From the NCBI GenBank assembly GCA_041641295.1, contig JBEPYO010000001.1:1088001-1152000 (forward strand): DNA of 64,000 nucleotides. The letters run 5' to 3'. Position numbers and translations under genes: made by a program. The DNA is from Nitrososphaerota archaeon. GTDB taxonomy: Archaea; Thermoproteota; Nitrososphaeria_A; Caldarchaeales; Calditenuaceae. This document shows positions 7,905 through 18,276 of this stretch, piece after piece. Numbering within the stretch: position 1 is the first letter of the stretch; the number at the start of each line of letters is the position of its first letter. The notes under the pieces were generated by a model that made no database searches, was not told the DNA's origin, and was given only the letters and a program-made list of their open reading frames with translations.

Positions 7905-8704
7905 TGATGGTGTCGGGTAAGAAGGTCAGGCTTTCGAGACTGACAGAGCGTGGGAGGATGCTCTGCATTCCCATGGACCACGGAATAACCGTCGGGCCAA
8001 TGAAAGGGCTTGACACAATATACAAGACGATCCGCGAGGTGGAGAAGGGTGGGGCTACAGCGTTCCTTGTCCAGAAGGGGATAGTGAAGCACATGCCTGA
8101 GCCTCCGCAGATCGGGTTCATAATCCATGTATCGGGAAGCACCTCGCTGGGCCCAGACCCCAACTGGAAGGTTCGCGTCGGAGGAGTGAAGACCGCACTC
8201 CTGCTGGGTGCCGATGGCCTCTCAGTTCACATAAACATAGGCAGCAAGGCTGAGCCCGAGATGCTGAAGAAGCTCGGAGAGGTGGCGGACGAGTGCGAGT
8301 CTTGGGGTGTCCCGCTGATAGCTATGATGTATCCGAGGGGTGAGGGAATCAAGGATCCGAACGACCCGAACGTGCTGATGCATGTCGCGAGGGTTGGTGC
8401 TGAGCTGGGGGCTGACATAGTTAAGGTGCCCTACAGCGGGAGCGTGGATACGTTTAGACGGGTTGTTGAGGCCTGTCCTGCGCCGGTCGTCATGGCAGGA
8501 GGTCCAAAGATGGATGACGACTTGGCGGTCTTGAGGATGGCTCGCGAGGCTATGGATGCTGGCGCGATGGGGGTAACCATAGGTAGGAACGTCTTCATGC
8601 ATGAGAGACCGGCGGCAATCGTCAGGGCGCTACGCGCAATAGTAATCGAGGACAGGAGCGTAGAGGATGCCCAGAGCCTGCTTGGGCGTGAGCTTAGGGC
8701 TTGA
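7904..8704 (+). CDS. aroA': 2-amino-3,7-dideoxy-D-threo-hept-6-ulosonate synthase (class I aldolase, AroA')
   Basis: [29 protein letters not shown] motifs; adjacent to DHQ synthase II. Confidence 0.85.
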   Translation: MMVSGKKVRLSRLTERGRMLCIPMDHGITVGPMKGLDTIYKTIREVEKGGATAFLVQKGIVKHMPEPPQIGFIIHVSGSTSLGPDPNWKVRVGGVKTALLLGADGLSVHINIGSKAEPEMLKKLGEVADECESWGVPLIAMMYPRGEGIKDPNDPNVLMHVARVGAELGADIVKVPYSGSVDTFRRVVEACPAPVVMAGGPKMDDDLAVLRMAREAMDAGAMGVTIGRNVFMHERPAAIVRALRAIVIEDRSVEDAQSLLGRELRA

Positions 8705-9699
8705 ATTCAAGCGGGTCTAAAGAGATAGTCATAGAAGTCTCTGACGAAGAGGAGGCTGAGGAAGCTGTAGCGGCCGGTGCCCCCATACTACTCTATACGG
8801 AGGGCGAGACGCCGGCAAACCTGAAAGTCCGTGCAAAGATATACTCTCTCGGCAGGGAGATTGTTCCAGTCAAGGTATCCAAGCCCAGCGACATTGATGA
8901 GATTGTTAGGCTGGCTCGGACGGGGGTTGGGTCAATACTGGTGGAGACCGCTGACATTAAGATTATTCCGTTGGAGAACATATTGGCCAGTCTTCAAGGG
9001 TCTGGGACGAAGGTTTTCGTGAGGGTTGGGAGTGTCGAAGAGGCTGAAGCCATGCTAGGAGTGCTTGAGAGAGGCGTTGACGGGGTTGTCTACCGGCCAT
9101 CCAGCCCGAGCGAGATTGGTCTTCTCCTCGATATTGTGAGGCAGGTGAGGAGGGTCGAGCTGAGGGCTGCTAGGGTGTCCGACGTCTTCGACGTTGGTAT
9201 GGGTGAGAGGGCGTGCGTTGACACGACATCGATGCTCAGGTATGGTGAGGGGATGCTTGTTGGCAGTATGGCTAGGATGCTCTTCCTCATACACAACGAG
9301 TCAGTGGGCTCAAAGTTCACTCCACCTAGACCCTTCAGGGTAAACGCGGGCGCGGTCCACCTCTACACTCTAGGCCCGACCGGTAAGACACTATACCTCT
9401 CTGAGCTCAAGTCGGGTATGCGGATCCTAATGGTGTCCAAGGATGGGTCTGCGAGAGTTGTCACTGTGGGTAGGGTGAAGATTGAGAGGAGGCCGATGGT
9501 GCAGGTCAACGCTGAGATAGACGGGGTCTTCGGCTCAGTAACGCTTCAGAAGGCTGAGACGATAAGGCTTCTGACAGCTAAGGGCGAGATAGTAGATGTC
9601 ACCTCACTCGCTCGGGGAGAGGAGATATTGGTCTGGCTCTCAAGTAAGGCTGCACGACACATGGGAATGGAGGTAGACGAGTTCATAGATGAGGTCTAG
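8701..9699 (+). CDS. aroB': 3-dehydroquinate synthase II (AroB')
   Basis: IIPLENI, GERACVDT, GEGMLVG, RPFRVNAGAVH, GRVKIERRP, LQKAETIRL, ARHMG. Confidence 0.92.
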   Translation: MNSSGSKEIVIEVSDEEEAEEAVAAGAPILLYTEGETPANLKVRAKIYSLGREIVPVKVSKPSDIDEIVRLARTGVGSILVETADIKIIPLENILASLQGSGTKVFVRVGSVEEAEAMLGVLERGVDGVVYRPSSPSEIGLLLDIVRQVRRVELRAARVSDVFDVGMGERACVDTTSMLRYGEGMLVGSMARMLFLIHNESVGSKFTPPRPFRVNAGAVHLYTLGPTGKTLYLSELKSGMRILMVSKDGSARVVTVGRVKIERRPMVQVNAEIDGVFGSVTLQKAETIRLLTAKGEIVDVTSLARGEEILVWLSSKAARHMGMEVDEFIDEV

Positions 9700-10402
9700 C
9701 CTAGCCGAGAAGGTCTGCGTCTCGATAATGCCCAGGAATATCGGAGAATTCGGACAGCTGTGCGAGAGGGCCTTAGAGCTTGGAGCTAGGCTGGTCGAGC
9801 TACGCCTAGACGGTCTACAGGAGGGTGAGATCGGTGGGGCGGCAAGACTGGTCCAAGACATGAGCATTAAAAAGATCATCACACTTCGGCCAAGCTGGGA
9901 GGGTGGACTCTACGCTGGGGACGAGCAGAAGAGATTGGAGCTTTTGAGACGGGTATCAGTGGATGCAGAGTATGTTGATCTTGAGCGCAGGACTGTAGAT
10001 GCTAATCCTAGGCTTGTGGAGGAGCTGCGAAATGTGGGGGTCAAGGTAATCTCCTCCAAGCACTATTTCGGCGAGGCTCCGTCTAGCCTTGAGCTGCGGA
10101 GGGTTGTTGCGGAGGGGTTGGGGATGGCGGATATAGTCAAGGTGGTTAATAATCCGGGGAAAGTGTCGGAGGCTATGGATATTCTCGCGCTCTACTCTGA
10201 GGCCTCTTTCAGGGGTAGGGTTATCTCGTTCAGTATGGGTGAGAGATGGTGCCTCACGCGGGTGCTCAGCGTCCTGCTTGGGGCGCCCTTCACATACGCA
10301 TCTCTACCCGGCCAGCCCGTGGCTCCAGGCCAGCCCAGCTTCCCCGATACTCTAGAGGCCTTGGAGGTGTTCCTGAAGAGTTGGCCCTCTTGGCAGTTAT
10401 AG
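9689..10402 (+). CDS. aroD: Type I 3-dehydroquinate dehydratase
   Basis: VELRLD, TLRPSWEGG, SKHYF, SMG, APGQ. Confidence 0.9.
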   Translation: MRSSLAEKVCVSIMPRNIGEFGQLCERALELGARLVELRLDGLQEGEIGGAARLVQDMSIKKIITLRPSWEGGLYAGDEQKRLELLRRVSVDAEYVDLERRTVDANPRLVEELRNVGVKVISSKHYFGEAPSSLELRRVVAEGLGMADIVKVVNNPGKVSEAMDILALYSEASFRGRVISFSMGERWCLTRVLSVLLGAPFTYASLPGQPVAPGQPSFPDTLEALEVFLKSWPSWQL

Positions 10403-11220
10403 GCTACCCGATATCTCACTCGGCCTCGCCGGTCATGCATAATGCAGCCCTCCGAGCCCTTAACATGCCTAACCGCTACATCGCAATAGAAGCCCGCCCA
10501 GAGAAGCTGCACGAGACCTTGAAGACACTCCACAGACTCGGCTTCAAAGGACTTAACATAACCATCCCACACAAAGAAGCAGCGGCCCAGGTCGCTGTCG
10601 TGCTCTCGGAGGAGGCCGAGACGATAGGCGCCGTAAACACGCTCAAGAGAGTGGAGGATGGCTGGACCGGATACAATACCGACGTCGAAGGCGTCGTGAG
10701 GTGCCTATCCACCCATGTTGAGGGACGTCCCGACCATGTGCTGGTCCTAGGAGCCGGTGGTGCGGCGGCAGCCGCCCTCTATGCCCTGTGGAGAATGGGT
10801 GCTGAGAGGGTGGTTATAGCCAACAGGAGCCGGGGGCGGGCCGAGGTGTTGGCCGGGCGATTCAGGAATAGGTTGGGGCTTAACATCAAAGTAATAGCGC
10901 TAGAGGGTGCCGGACGCGAGGCACGCAGCGCAGAGGTCATAATAAACGCGACACCCCTCGGCCTCACCTACCACGAAAGCCCTATAAGTCCAGGCGACAT
11001 AACCGGGCGCCACATAGTCCTCGACATGGTTTACTCTCCTGTGCCGACGCCACTCCAGAGGGCTGCCGCCAGAGCAGGCGCCCAGTATATTGACGGTGTG
11101 AAGATGCTTGTTGAGCAGGGGGCCAGGGCGTTCGAGATTTTCCACGGTGTCGAGCCTGACAGGTCTTTGATGGAGAGGGCTGTGAGAGCTTGGCTTGAGC
11201 GGCGCGGTGGGCCGGGATGA
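10381..11220 (+). CDS. aroE: Shikimate dehydrogenase
   Basis: GYPISHSASP, NITIPHK, GAVNT, NTD, GAGGAA, NATPLG, DMVY; TTG start at 10381 preferred over the track start at 10246. Confidence 0.92.
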   Translation: MALLAVIGYPISHSASPVMHNAALRALNMPNRYIAIEARPEKLHETLKTLHRLGFKGLNITIPHKEAAAQVAVVLSEEAETIGAVNTLKRVEDGWTGYNTDVEGVVRCLSTHVEGRPDHVLVLGAGGAAAAALYALWRMGAERVVIANRSRGRAEVLAGRFRNRLGLNIKVIALEGAGREARSAEVIINATPLGLTYHESPISPGDITGRHIVLDMVYSPVPTPLQRAAARAGAQYIDGVKMLVEQGARAFEIFHGVEPDRSLMERAVRAWLERRGGPG

Positions 11221-12488
11221 TCGTGAGTGTCAGGGCTGAGAGGGTTTCCGGAGAGGTTAGGGCGCCGCCAAGCAAAAGCTACACTCACAGGGCAATCGCG
11301 GCGGCACTCCTAGCACCCGGAAAATCTCGCATATTCAACCCGCTATACTCTCGCGACACAGAAGCGACAATCAACGCCGCAAGACTCTTCGGCGCGATAC
11401 TCCAGCCCCAAAGGGATGGGATCGAGATAGAGGGTGTGGAGCGTCCCAAGACACCCGAGAACGTCATAGACGCGATGAACTCCGGCACTACGCTCAGAAT
11501 AATGACATGCATCGCAGGCCTTACCGAGAGGGGATACACCGTCCTGACCGGTGATGAGAGCCTCCGTAAAAGGCCGATGCAGCCTCTCCTAGACGCCCTC
11601 GGCCAACTGGGCATCAGGTCGTGGTCAGCGAAGCTCGACGGCACAGCACCAATAATCGTTGAGGGCGGAGAGATGGGGGGAGAGTGCAGTATCCGGGGGG
11701 ATATTAGCAGCCAGTTCGTCTCAGGCCTCCTCATAGCAGGACCAGCAGCCGAGAGGCCTATAGCCATCAACATTCAGGGAGACCTAGTCTCAAAACCCTA
11801 CGTCGACTCCACGATAGCGGTCCTCAGACTCTATGGCGCCAAGGTTGAGAGGGAGGGATACAGCCACTTCTACACAGAGCCCGGCGGCTACAGGCCAGCA
11901 GCCTTCACTGTTCCAGGCGACTATGGCCTGGCCGGCTTCATCTTGGCCGCTCCGCTGATGGTGGGTGGGCGGGTCAGGGTGGCTGGTCTTGACCCTGGTC
12001 TTCCGCAGGCCGACTACAGGCTGGTCGAGGTGCTGCGGGCTATGGGTGCAGATGTAAGGGAGGGGGATGGATTCGTCGAGGTGGGTGAGGCGTCTCTAAA
12101 GGGTGTAGACGTAGACCTGAAGGACTCCCCAGACCTCCTACCCATAGTCGCGGCCTTGGCGGCAGTTGCAGAAGGCGAGACAAGAATCCACGGCGTAAAG
12201 CATGCGAGGTTCAAGGAAAGCGATAGAATCCACGTAATAGCCACCGAGCTAGCCAAGACATCAATCCGCGTGGAAGAGGCACCAGACGGGATGGTCATAA
12301 GGGGTGGCAGGCTGAGAGGTGCCCGGCTGGACCCGCGCGGAGACCACAGACTCTTCATGGCATTCACCCTACTCTCACTGGCCACGCAGGGGCTCATCGA
12401 AGTCTTAGACCCAGAGTCAGCAGCAGTCTCCTACCCCAACTTCCTAGACGACCTCAAACTACTAGGGTGCGAGGTTGAGAAGTCATGA
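11217..12488 (+). CDS. aroA: 3-phosphoshikimate 1-carboxyvinyltransferase (EPSP synthase)
   Basis: PPSKSYTHR, NSGTTLR, RPM, SSQFVS, KESDRI, DHR. Confidence 0.95.
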   Translation: MIVSVRAERVSGEVRAPPSKSYTHRAIAAALLAPGKSRIFNPLYSRDTEATINAARLFGAILQPQRDGIEIEGVERPKTPENVIDAMNSGTTLRIMTCIAGLTERGYTVLTGDESLRKRPMQPLLDALGQLGIRSWSAKLDGTAPIIVEGGEMGGECSIRGDISSQFVSGLLIAGPAAERPIAINIQGDLVSKPYVDSTIAVLRLYGAKVEREGYSHFYTEPGGYRPAAFTVPGDYGLAGFILAAPLMVGGRVRVAGLDPGLPQADYRLVEVLRAMGADVREGDGFVEVGEASLKGVDVDLKDSPDLLPIVAALAAVAEGETRIHGVKHARFKESDRIHVIATELAKTSIRVEEAPDGMVIRGGRLRGARLDPRGDHRLFMAFTLLSLATQGLIEVLDPESAAVSYPNFLDDLKLLGCEVEKS

Positions 12489-13591
12489 GTGGAAACATTC
12501 TGGGTAAGAGGTTCGTGGTCGTGAGCTTCGGCGAAAGCCACGGCCGATGCGTCGGAGCGGTAGTGGACGGCTGCCCAGCGGGCCTAAGGCTCTCCGAACA
12601 GGACATACAGACCCTCTTAGACCTGAGGAGGCCTGGACAATCAATCGTCACCACGCAGAGAAGGGAGGAGGACAAGGTGGAGATTTTGAGCGGAGTCTTT
12701 AACGGCTACACCACCGGCGCACCTATCGCCATGCTAGTCTGGAACAAGGATGTGGTCTCCAGAGACTACGACAAGGTGTTGGAGACGCCGAGGCCGGGTC
12801 ACGCAGACTACTTTGCGAGGCTGAAGTACGGGGGCTTCAACGACCACCGGGGCGGCGGAAGGTTCTCGGGGAGGATAACTGCGGGCTTTGTTATGGCTGG
12901 AGCCATAGCCCTGAAGCTGCTGAAGCAGGCACTAGGGGTCGAAGTACTTGCTTACACTAAGCGTATAGCGGGCATCGAGGCTAAGCCCCTCCCCATAGAG
13001 ACTATCAGGGAGAAGAGGTGGCTTAACGAGGTAAGATGCCCAGACGAAAAGGCCGCAGAGGCCATGAAACGCGCAATCCTCGAGGCCAGGTCCTCAGGAG
13101 ACTCTGTGGGCGGAGTCATAGAGTGCGTAGCCCTAAACGTCCCGCCATGCCTCGGCGAGCCCGTCTTCGACTCACTGGACGCAGACCTCTCAAAGGCGCT
13201 GTTCAGCATACCCGCAGTGAAGGGTGTAGAGTTCGGAGCAGGGTTCAGGGCGGCGGATATGAAGGGGTCGGAGCACAACGACCCACTCGGAGTAATAGGC
13301 GGAGAGGTCAGGCCCTTGACCAACAACGCGGGCGGGATAGTCGGCGGCCTCTCAACAGGCAGGGAGATAGTCGTCAGAGTAGCGTTCAAGCCGGCAGCCT
13401 CTATATCTAAGCCCCAACACACACTCAACGTTAAGAAGAGGGAGGTGGAGGAGGTGGTCGTGACCGGGAGACACGATCCATGCGTCGTGCCGAGGGCAGT
13501 CCCAATCGTGGAATCGGTCGTCGGCATCGTCCTAGCTGACCACGCCCTCCGTGCAGGCCTCATACCACCAGTACTAAGAGGTGTAGAGTAG
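12485..13591 (+). CDS. aroC: Chorismate synthase
   Basis: FGESHG, RPGHAD, GGGRFSGR, SIPAVKG, NNAGGIVGG, GRHDPC. Confidence 0.96.
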   Translation: MSGNILGKRFVVVSFGESHGRCVGAVVDGCPAGLRLSEQDIQTLLDLRRPGQSIVTTQRREEDKVEILSGVFNGYTTGAPIAMLVWNKDVVSRDYDKVLETPRPGHADYFARLKYGGFNDHRGGGRFSGRITAGFVMAGAIALKLLKQALGVEVLAYTKRIAGIEAKPLPIETIREKRWLNEVRCPDEKAAEAMKRAILEARSSGDSVGGVIECVALNVPPCLGEPVFDSLDADLSKALFSIPAVKGVEFGAGFRAADMKGSEHNDPLGVIGGEVRPLTNNAGGIVGGLSTGREIVVRVAFKPAASISKPQHTLNVKKREVEEVVVTGRHDPCVVPRAVPIVESVVGIVLADHALRAGLIPPVLRGVE

Positions 13592-14986
13592 TTGGGTAGG
13601 GATGAGATCGAGCGCTTGAGAGAGGAGATAAGGGCGGTGACAGAGGAGATTATTCGAGCCATAGCCAAGAGGAGGCAGCTGGCGGAAAGGCTAGGCGAGA
13701 TAAAGAGAGAGCTGGGATTAGAGCCCGTCGACCTTGACGCGGAGTCGGAACTCAGAGCACAGGTAGCCAAGGCTGCAAAAGAGAGTGGCTTAGACTTGGA
13801 GACCGCCCAGAGGATGCTCAGCCTCCTCATACAAGACGCGATACTCGTCCAGCAGCCACAGAGCAAGCCCAAGATCACCCACATGGACGTCTTCAGGAGG
13901 GCCAAGCAGCTGGAAATGAGCGGCGAGAAAGTATACCACCTCGAAGTCGGTGAGCCGGACCTCGGGGCTCCAAGCCGTGTCGCGGAAGCCCTAAGCTGGG
14001 CGGCCATGAACGGCTTCGCAGCCTATGGTGAGGCTAAGGGTAGGCCGGAGCTGCGGAGGGCGATTAAAGACCTTCTCCGCGAGAGGCTTGGCGTAGACGT
14101 TTCGGAGGACCAGATAGTGGTCACGCCGGGAGGGAGATTCGCGGTATACTTGGCTGCCGCCTCCACGCTGAGGCCAGGCGACCAGGCTGTAATCATAGAC
14201 CCCTCATGGCCCCTTTACAAGCAAGTCGTCGAGATGATGCACTCTAGGAGCCTAGCAATACACACCACGCTGGAGGATGGCTGGCGCCCCAGGCAGGATG
14301 TGCTGGAGAAAATCCTTAGACAGAGGCCGCGGACGGTATTCCTAAACTACCCGAATAATCCCACAGGTGTAACGCTCAGACGCAACGAGTTAGAGGAGCT
14401 TGTCGACGAGGTAAGACGCGCAGGCGCATACCTAGTCAGCGACGAGGTCTACATGGACTACTGCTTCACAGACTTCACTTCAGCCCTCCAGACAGGGTAC
14501 GAGAAGACCATAATGATAAACTCGTTCTCGAAGAGCTGGGGGATGACAGGCTACAGGATAGGATACCTCGTGGCGAGCAGGGAGATAGCGGATAGGGCTG
14601 CCAGAATACTGTCCCAGCTAATAACCTGCGTCCCCGAGTTCATACAGATGGCCTCGATAAAGGCTATCGAGGATAGGGAGACACCTAGGAGATATGGCGA
14701 GATAATGAAGCGGCGGATAGAAATGGTGTGCAAGGAACTCGACAGAATCGGCGCAACATACGTAAAGCCTAACGGAGGCATGTACGTCTTCCCCAAGATC
14801 GGGGACGAAGGCTTCGACTCGGCAGAGTTCGCCCTAAACCTCCTAGAGACTGCCAAGGTCGCAGTTGCCCCAGGCACAGCATTCGGCGACTATCCAGAAT
14901 ACATCAGAATATCTGTGGGGCTAGGCGACGAAGACCTTAGGAAAGGATTACAAGTGCTAGCTGAAAACCTCCAGAAAACCCGATAA
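13592..14986 (+). CDS. Chorismate mutase (AroQ)-class I/II aminotransferase fusion
   Basis: N-terminal IERLREEI...RRQLAERLGEIKRELG AroQ helices; C-terminal GEPD, NYPNNPTG, DEVY, SFSKSWGMTGYRIG PLP site. Confidence 0.85.
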   Translation: MGRDEIERLREEIRAVTEEIIRAIAKRRQLAERLGEIKRELGLEPVDLDAESELRAQVAKAAKESGLDLETAQRMLSLLIQDAILVQQPQSKPKITHMDVFRRAKQLEMSGEKVYHLEVGEPDLGAPSRVAEALSWAAMNGFAAYGEAKGRPELRRAIKDLLRERLGVDVSEDQIVVTPGGRFAVYLAAASTLRPGDQAVIIDPSWPLYKQVVEMMHSRSLAIHTTLEDGWRPRQDVLEKILRQRPRTVFLNYPNNPTGVTLRRNELEELVDEVRRAGAYLVSDEVYMDYCFTDFTSALQTGYEKTIMINSFSKSWGMTGYRIGYLVASREIADRAARILSQLITCVPEFIQMASIKAIEDRETPRRYGEIMKRRIEMVCKELDRIGATYVKPNGGMYVFPKIGDEGFDSAEFALNLLETAKVAVAPGTAFGDYPEYIRISVGLGDEDLRKGLQVLAENLQKTR

Positions 14987-14997
14987 CAGAGCGGGAG

Positions 14998-16101
14998 CTA
15001 GACCAGCAGCTGCTCTGTCTTCCCATCGTATATGTGTATCTTACTCTCCTCAAACCCGACCCAGACTTTCTGACCAATCTGCAGCGGTAGAGGAGATGTA
15101 ACCGCCTTGATAATCTCCGAGTCAATCTTAAGGTCTACAACTAAGTTTGCACCCTGATGCTCGACCACGTAAACCTCGCTCTGGAAGACTGAAGAGCTGA
15201 CCCTCTCGAAAGTTATCCGTATATCCTCGGGCCTAACTCCTAAGAAAGCCTCACTAGACTGCGCCCCCCTCAATATGGCTTCGGAATATTCTGGAGAGAG
15301 TGTGTAGCTGAAAGAGCCCGCATCGAGAACTACACTACCTCCCACCTGCTTTATGACTGCCTTTATCATGTTCATCGGTGGGCTTCCGATGAATGTTGCG
15401 ACGAAGGCGTTCGCGGGCCTATTATAGATCGTGTTAGGGTCGTCGTACTGCTGCACCTTACCCCTGTTCATGACTGCAATCTTATCGGCCATAGCCATAG
15501 CCTCGGCCTGATCATGGGTCACGTATACAGTGGTAGTCTTCAACTCCCTCTGAAGCCTCTTAAGCTCGGCTCTCATGAAGAGCCTCAGCTTAGCATCTAG
15601 GTTACTGAGCGGCTCGTCCATGAGGAATACTCGAGGCCTCCTGATAATCGCCCTCCCGAGGGCGACACGCTGCTGCTCACCTCCGCTAAGCTGCCTAGGC
15701 TTCCTATCAAGGAGGTGCGAAATCCCTAGAAGATCCGCAACCTCTTTAACCCGCCGGTCGATCTCCGCCTTTTCAACCTTCCTCATCTTCAGCGGGAAGG
15801 CCAAGTTATCGTAGACCTTCATGTGAGGATAGAGCGCATAATTCTGGAAGACCATCGCTACGTCCCTGTCTTTTGGCGGGAGGTCATTCACTATGCTATC
15901 GCCTATCCATATCTCACCCGCGTCGGGGGTCTCTAAGCCGGCGATACAGCGGAGGGTAGTTGTCTTTCCACACCCTGAAGGCCCCAGCAAGACCACGAAG
16001 TCTCCGTCAGGAATTTCCAGTGTGACACCATCAACCGCCACCACCCTGTCAAACTTCTTGTAAAGGTTCACCAGTCTGACAGAGGCCATCCGAGAATCCA
16101 C
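14998..16101 (-). CDS. Sugar ABC transporter ATPase (MalK/MsmK family)
   Basis: GPSGCGKT, VFQNYALYPHM, LSGGEQQ, DEPLSNLDAKLR, FIGSPPMN. Confidence 0.93.
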   Translation of the reverse strand: MDSRMASVRLVNLYKKFDRVVAVDGVTLEIPDGDFVVLLGPSGCGKTTTLRCIAGLETPDAGEIWIGDSIVNDLPPKDRDVAMVFQNYALYPHMKVYDNLAFPLKMRKVEKAEIDRRVKEVADLLGISHLLDRKPRQLSGGEQQRVALGRAIIRRPRVFLMDEPLSNLDAKLRLFMRAELKRLQRELKTTTVYVTHDQAEAMAMADKIAVMNRGKVQQYDDPNTIYNRPANAFVATFIGSPPMNMIKAVIKQVGGSVVLDAGSFSYTLSPEYSEAILRGAQSSEAFLGVRPEDIRITFERVSSSVFQSEVYVVEHQGANLVVDLKIDSEIIKAVTSPLPLQIGQKVWVGFEESKIHIYDGKTEQLLV

Positions 16102-16138
16102 TCCTGAGACGCTTTAATAAGTTTTTTGAGCCTGAAAA

Positions 16139-16867
16139 TCAGGCTCGCAAAGTATTCAGGGATGTTAGAATGGATAGTGCGTCGCGGGTTGTTAGGTGAT
16201 ATATCCGCTTGTTCGCCAGCTCTTGTGGCGGCTCATACCCCATCCTCCTCAATACTTTCCCCACCACATGCCTTCTGTCTGTGAATATTTGTTTTAGGAG
16301 TCTGAGCTGGGTGGCTTCGAGTGGTGTTTGATCGTTTCTCAGCAGCCTTACTATGCTGGAAGCAACCCTTGGTCTTGGCCTAAAGGCGGATGGGGGTATC
16401 GTGTCTAGGACCTCAACCTTGTAGAAGAGCTGAGAGAGCAGGCTGATGTATAGATAATCTCTATAGCCGGGCGGGGAGGATAGTTTCCTAGCAAACTCTC
16501 TCTGAAGCGTCATGACCACCAAGCGTGGCGTTGGTCTCGAGGCTATCCATTCGATGAGTGGTCTGGATATGTGGTAGGGGGGATTGCCGACGATCATTGT
16601 GAAATTTTCGGGGTTGAGCTGTAGGACGTCACCCGTGACTACCTCGACGTTAGGCCAGCCCCTCAGCCTCTGCCGCGCCTCCGCCGCGAGCCTAGGGTCT
16701 ATCTCCACTGCTAGGACTCTGCATCCCCGCTCAGCTAGGAGCTCGGTAAGCCTTCCATCTCCACAGCCAGGCTCAAGTACTATGTCGTTTGCGGTAGGGT
16801 TGGCGAGTTCGACGAGCCTTTCGAGCACTCGTCTGCTTATGGTGAGGTGTTGGCTCAGTCTTGTCAT
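16139..16867 (-). CDS. rsmA: 16S rRNA dimethyladenosine transferase
   Basis: SQHL, LEPGCGDG, VEID, GNPPYHI, F.PRPRV; usual context rpl21e-rpo4-DUF655-ksgA. Confidence 0.9.
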   Translation of the reverse strand: MTRLSQHLTISRRVLERLVELANPTANDIVLEPGCGDGRLTELLAERGCRVLAVEIDPRLAAEARQRLRGWPNVEVVTGDVLQLNPENFTMIVGNPPYHISRPLIEWIASRPTPRLVVMTLQREFARKLSSPPGYRDYLYISLLSQLFYKVEVLDTIPPSAFRPRPRVASSIVRLLRNDQTPLEATQLRLLKQIFTDRRHVVGKVLRRMGYEPPQELANKRIYHLTTRDALSILTSLNTLRA

Positions 16868-17451
16868 ATGCTCTGATGCGCTGGGGGTCGGGTGAATAGC
16901 CAGTGCTTAGTGTTGGGGTCGGATAGTTCTTGAATTATTCTCCTAATTATTATCTTGTCTACGTTCTGTATTCCTACCCTCTTCTCTATGTCTTCGAAGC
17001 TTTTGAACGGCTCTTTGTTTCTCTCCTCGATAATGCGCATGGAGAGTTTTCTGCCTATTCCGGGGAGGGCCTCTAGTGCATGCAGCCTCGGGGTTAGTGG
17101 TCCACAGGTATTGATGAACTGGACGATCCTCTCTTCCCTCGACTTGACAAGCTCCTCGACTGCTCTCTCCAACTCGTATTTAGCGTTCTCTGTCAGCTCA
17201 TGGTAGCCTATCCGCCTAACTATCCTGATAAGGGGGCGAGGCACATCTTTCCCAATGTATATCCGCATTCCCGGCCTTGGGTTTAGACTCTGATTGATAG
17301 CCGCCTCTAAGAGTGTGAAGTGTTCCACACCCAGTACCTGCGCCAGAAGCATGCCCTTCTCTATGTGCGAAGCCCTCTCAAGCCTCGTCGGTGGAAGTAT
17401 ATCAAGGACAATTGCCTCATCCTCGTAAAGTTTTGGCTTGGCACTCCTCAT
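16864..17451 (-). CDS. DUF655 putative RNA-binding HhH protein
   Basis: FTLLE, RLHALEALPGIG, PFKSFEDI; conserved archaeal context. Confidence 0.85.
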   Translation of the reverse strand: MRSAKPKLYEDEAIVLDILPPTRLERASHIEKGMLLAQVLGVEHFTLLEAAINQSLNPRPGMRIYIGKDVPRPLIRIVRRIGYHELTENAKYELERAVEELVKSREERIVQFINTCGPLTPRLHALEALPGIGRKLSMRIIEERNKEPFKSFEDIEKRVGIQNVDKIIIRRIIQELSDPNTKHWLFTRPPAHQSI

Positions 17452-17459
17452 GACTCTTC

Positions 17460-17834
17460 CTATTCTTGGACTTGCTCTGCGTCAACACCCTCGCGGAGGT
17501 AAGACTCGATTGTCTGGACTATCTCGGAGAGTTTCTGGTCCGAAAAAAGGATGCTTGAGATGAGCCGCTTATAGCCTGAGAGGACAGCCCTAAGCTCGTT
17601 AACATCTCTAGGGCATATGTTCACTACTTGGCAGGCCTCCTCCGGCTCAAGCCCGAACTTCTCCTGAAGCTCCTGCACAAGCTTTTTAGCCCTCTCGGCG
17701 GGGAGCTTCGAAAACGTTGTGACATAGCTGTAGACCCTAAGCTGGAGGGGTGTGAGCTCATCTTTCTTGACGGAGAGTAGCTCCGCGACCTCTGGAATGG
17801 TTATGGGTGTGTAGGATAATATTTTCCTAGGCAC
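17460..17834 (-). CDS. rpo4: DNA-directed RNA polymerase subunit Rpo4 (F)
   Basis: ITIPEV...FSKL...VNICPRDVNELRAVL; located between rpl21e and DUF655. Confidence 0.85.
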   Translation of the reverse strand: MPRKILSYTPITIPEVAELLSVKKDELTPLQLRVYSYVTTFSKLPAERAKKLVQELQEKFGLEPEEACQVVNICPRDVNELRAVLSGYKRLISSILFSDQKLSEIVQTIESYLREGVDAEQVQE

Positions 17835-17841
17835 CTCGCGC

Positions 17842-18156
17842 TCACCCTGTGGATAAAGGTTTAATATGCTCAGGCAGAACGTGTAGCTTCTTCAACTTAC
17901 CTCCCAGCTCGACCTCTACCACATACCCTCTACCTCTCCGCTCCACGACACGACCTACCCTCCCTTGGTATCGCCTATGCGGCATCCCCTTATGAGTTGA
18001 CGGGTCAATATCTATGGCAACGGCCTGACCTATCTCGTACTCTTGGAGGTATACCTCTGGCCTCGGCCCACTTCTCGCACCTACCTCCCTAGTAAAGAGC
18101 CTCCTAGTCCTATGTCTATATCCGCTATGCCTAGTCAACCCTCCTCCTCTACCCAT
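17842..18156 (-). CDS. rpl21e: 50S ribosomal protein eL21
   Basis: GYRHRTR, IDPSTHKGMPHRRYQGRVG, PEHIKP. Confidence 0.95.
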   Translation of the reverse strand: MGRGGGLTRHSGYRHRTRRLFTREVGARSGPRPEVYLQEYEIGQAVAIDIDPSTHKGMPHRRYQGRVGRVVERRGRGYVVEVELGGKLKKLHVLPEHIKPLSTG

Positions 18157-18276
18157 GTAGCAGATGAAGCCCTATATAAACAAGGAGGACTTGTAATAGG
18201 GCCAAGGTGCAAAATCCTATTTTAGACCCAACTATGTTTGGGTTGTCTCAGCATTAGTAAGACCGATAGATGCTGG

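Noticed and set aside
12952-14007. Long antisense ORFs (also 19602-20480, 45131-45736, 59044-59655 and many shorter ones)
   Set aside because: Shadow frames of well-supported genes; Ser-rich and without motifs
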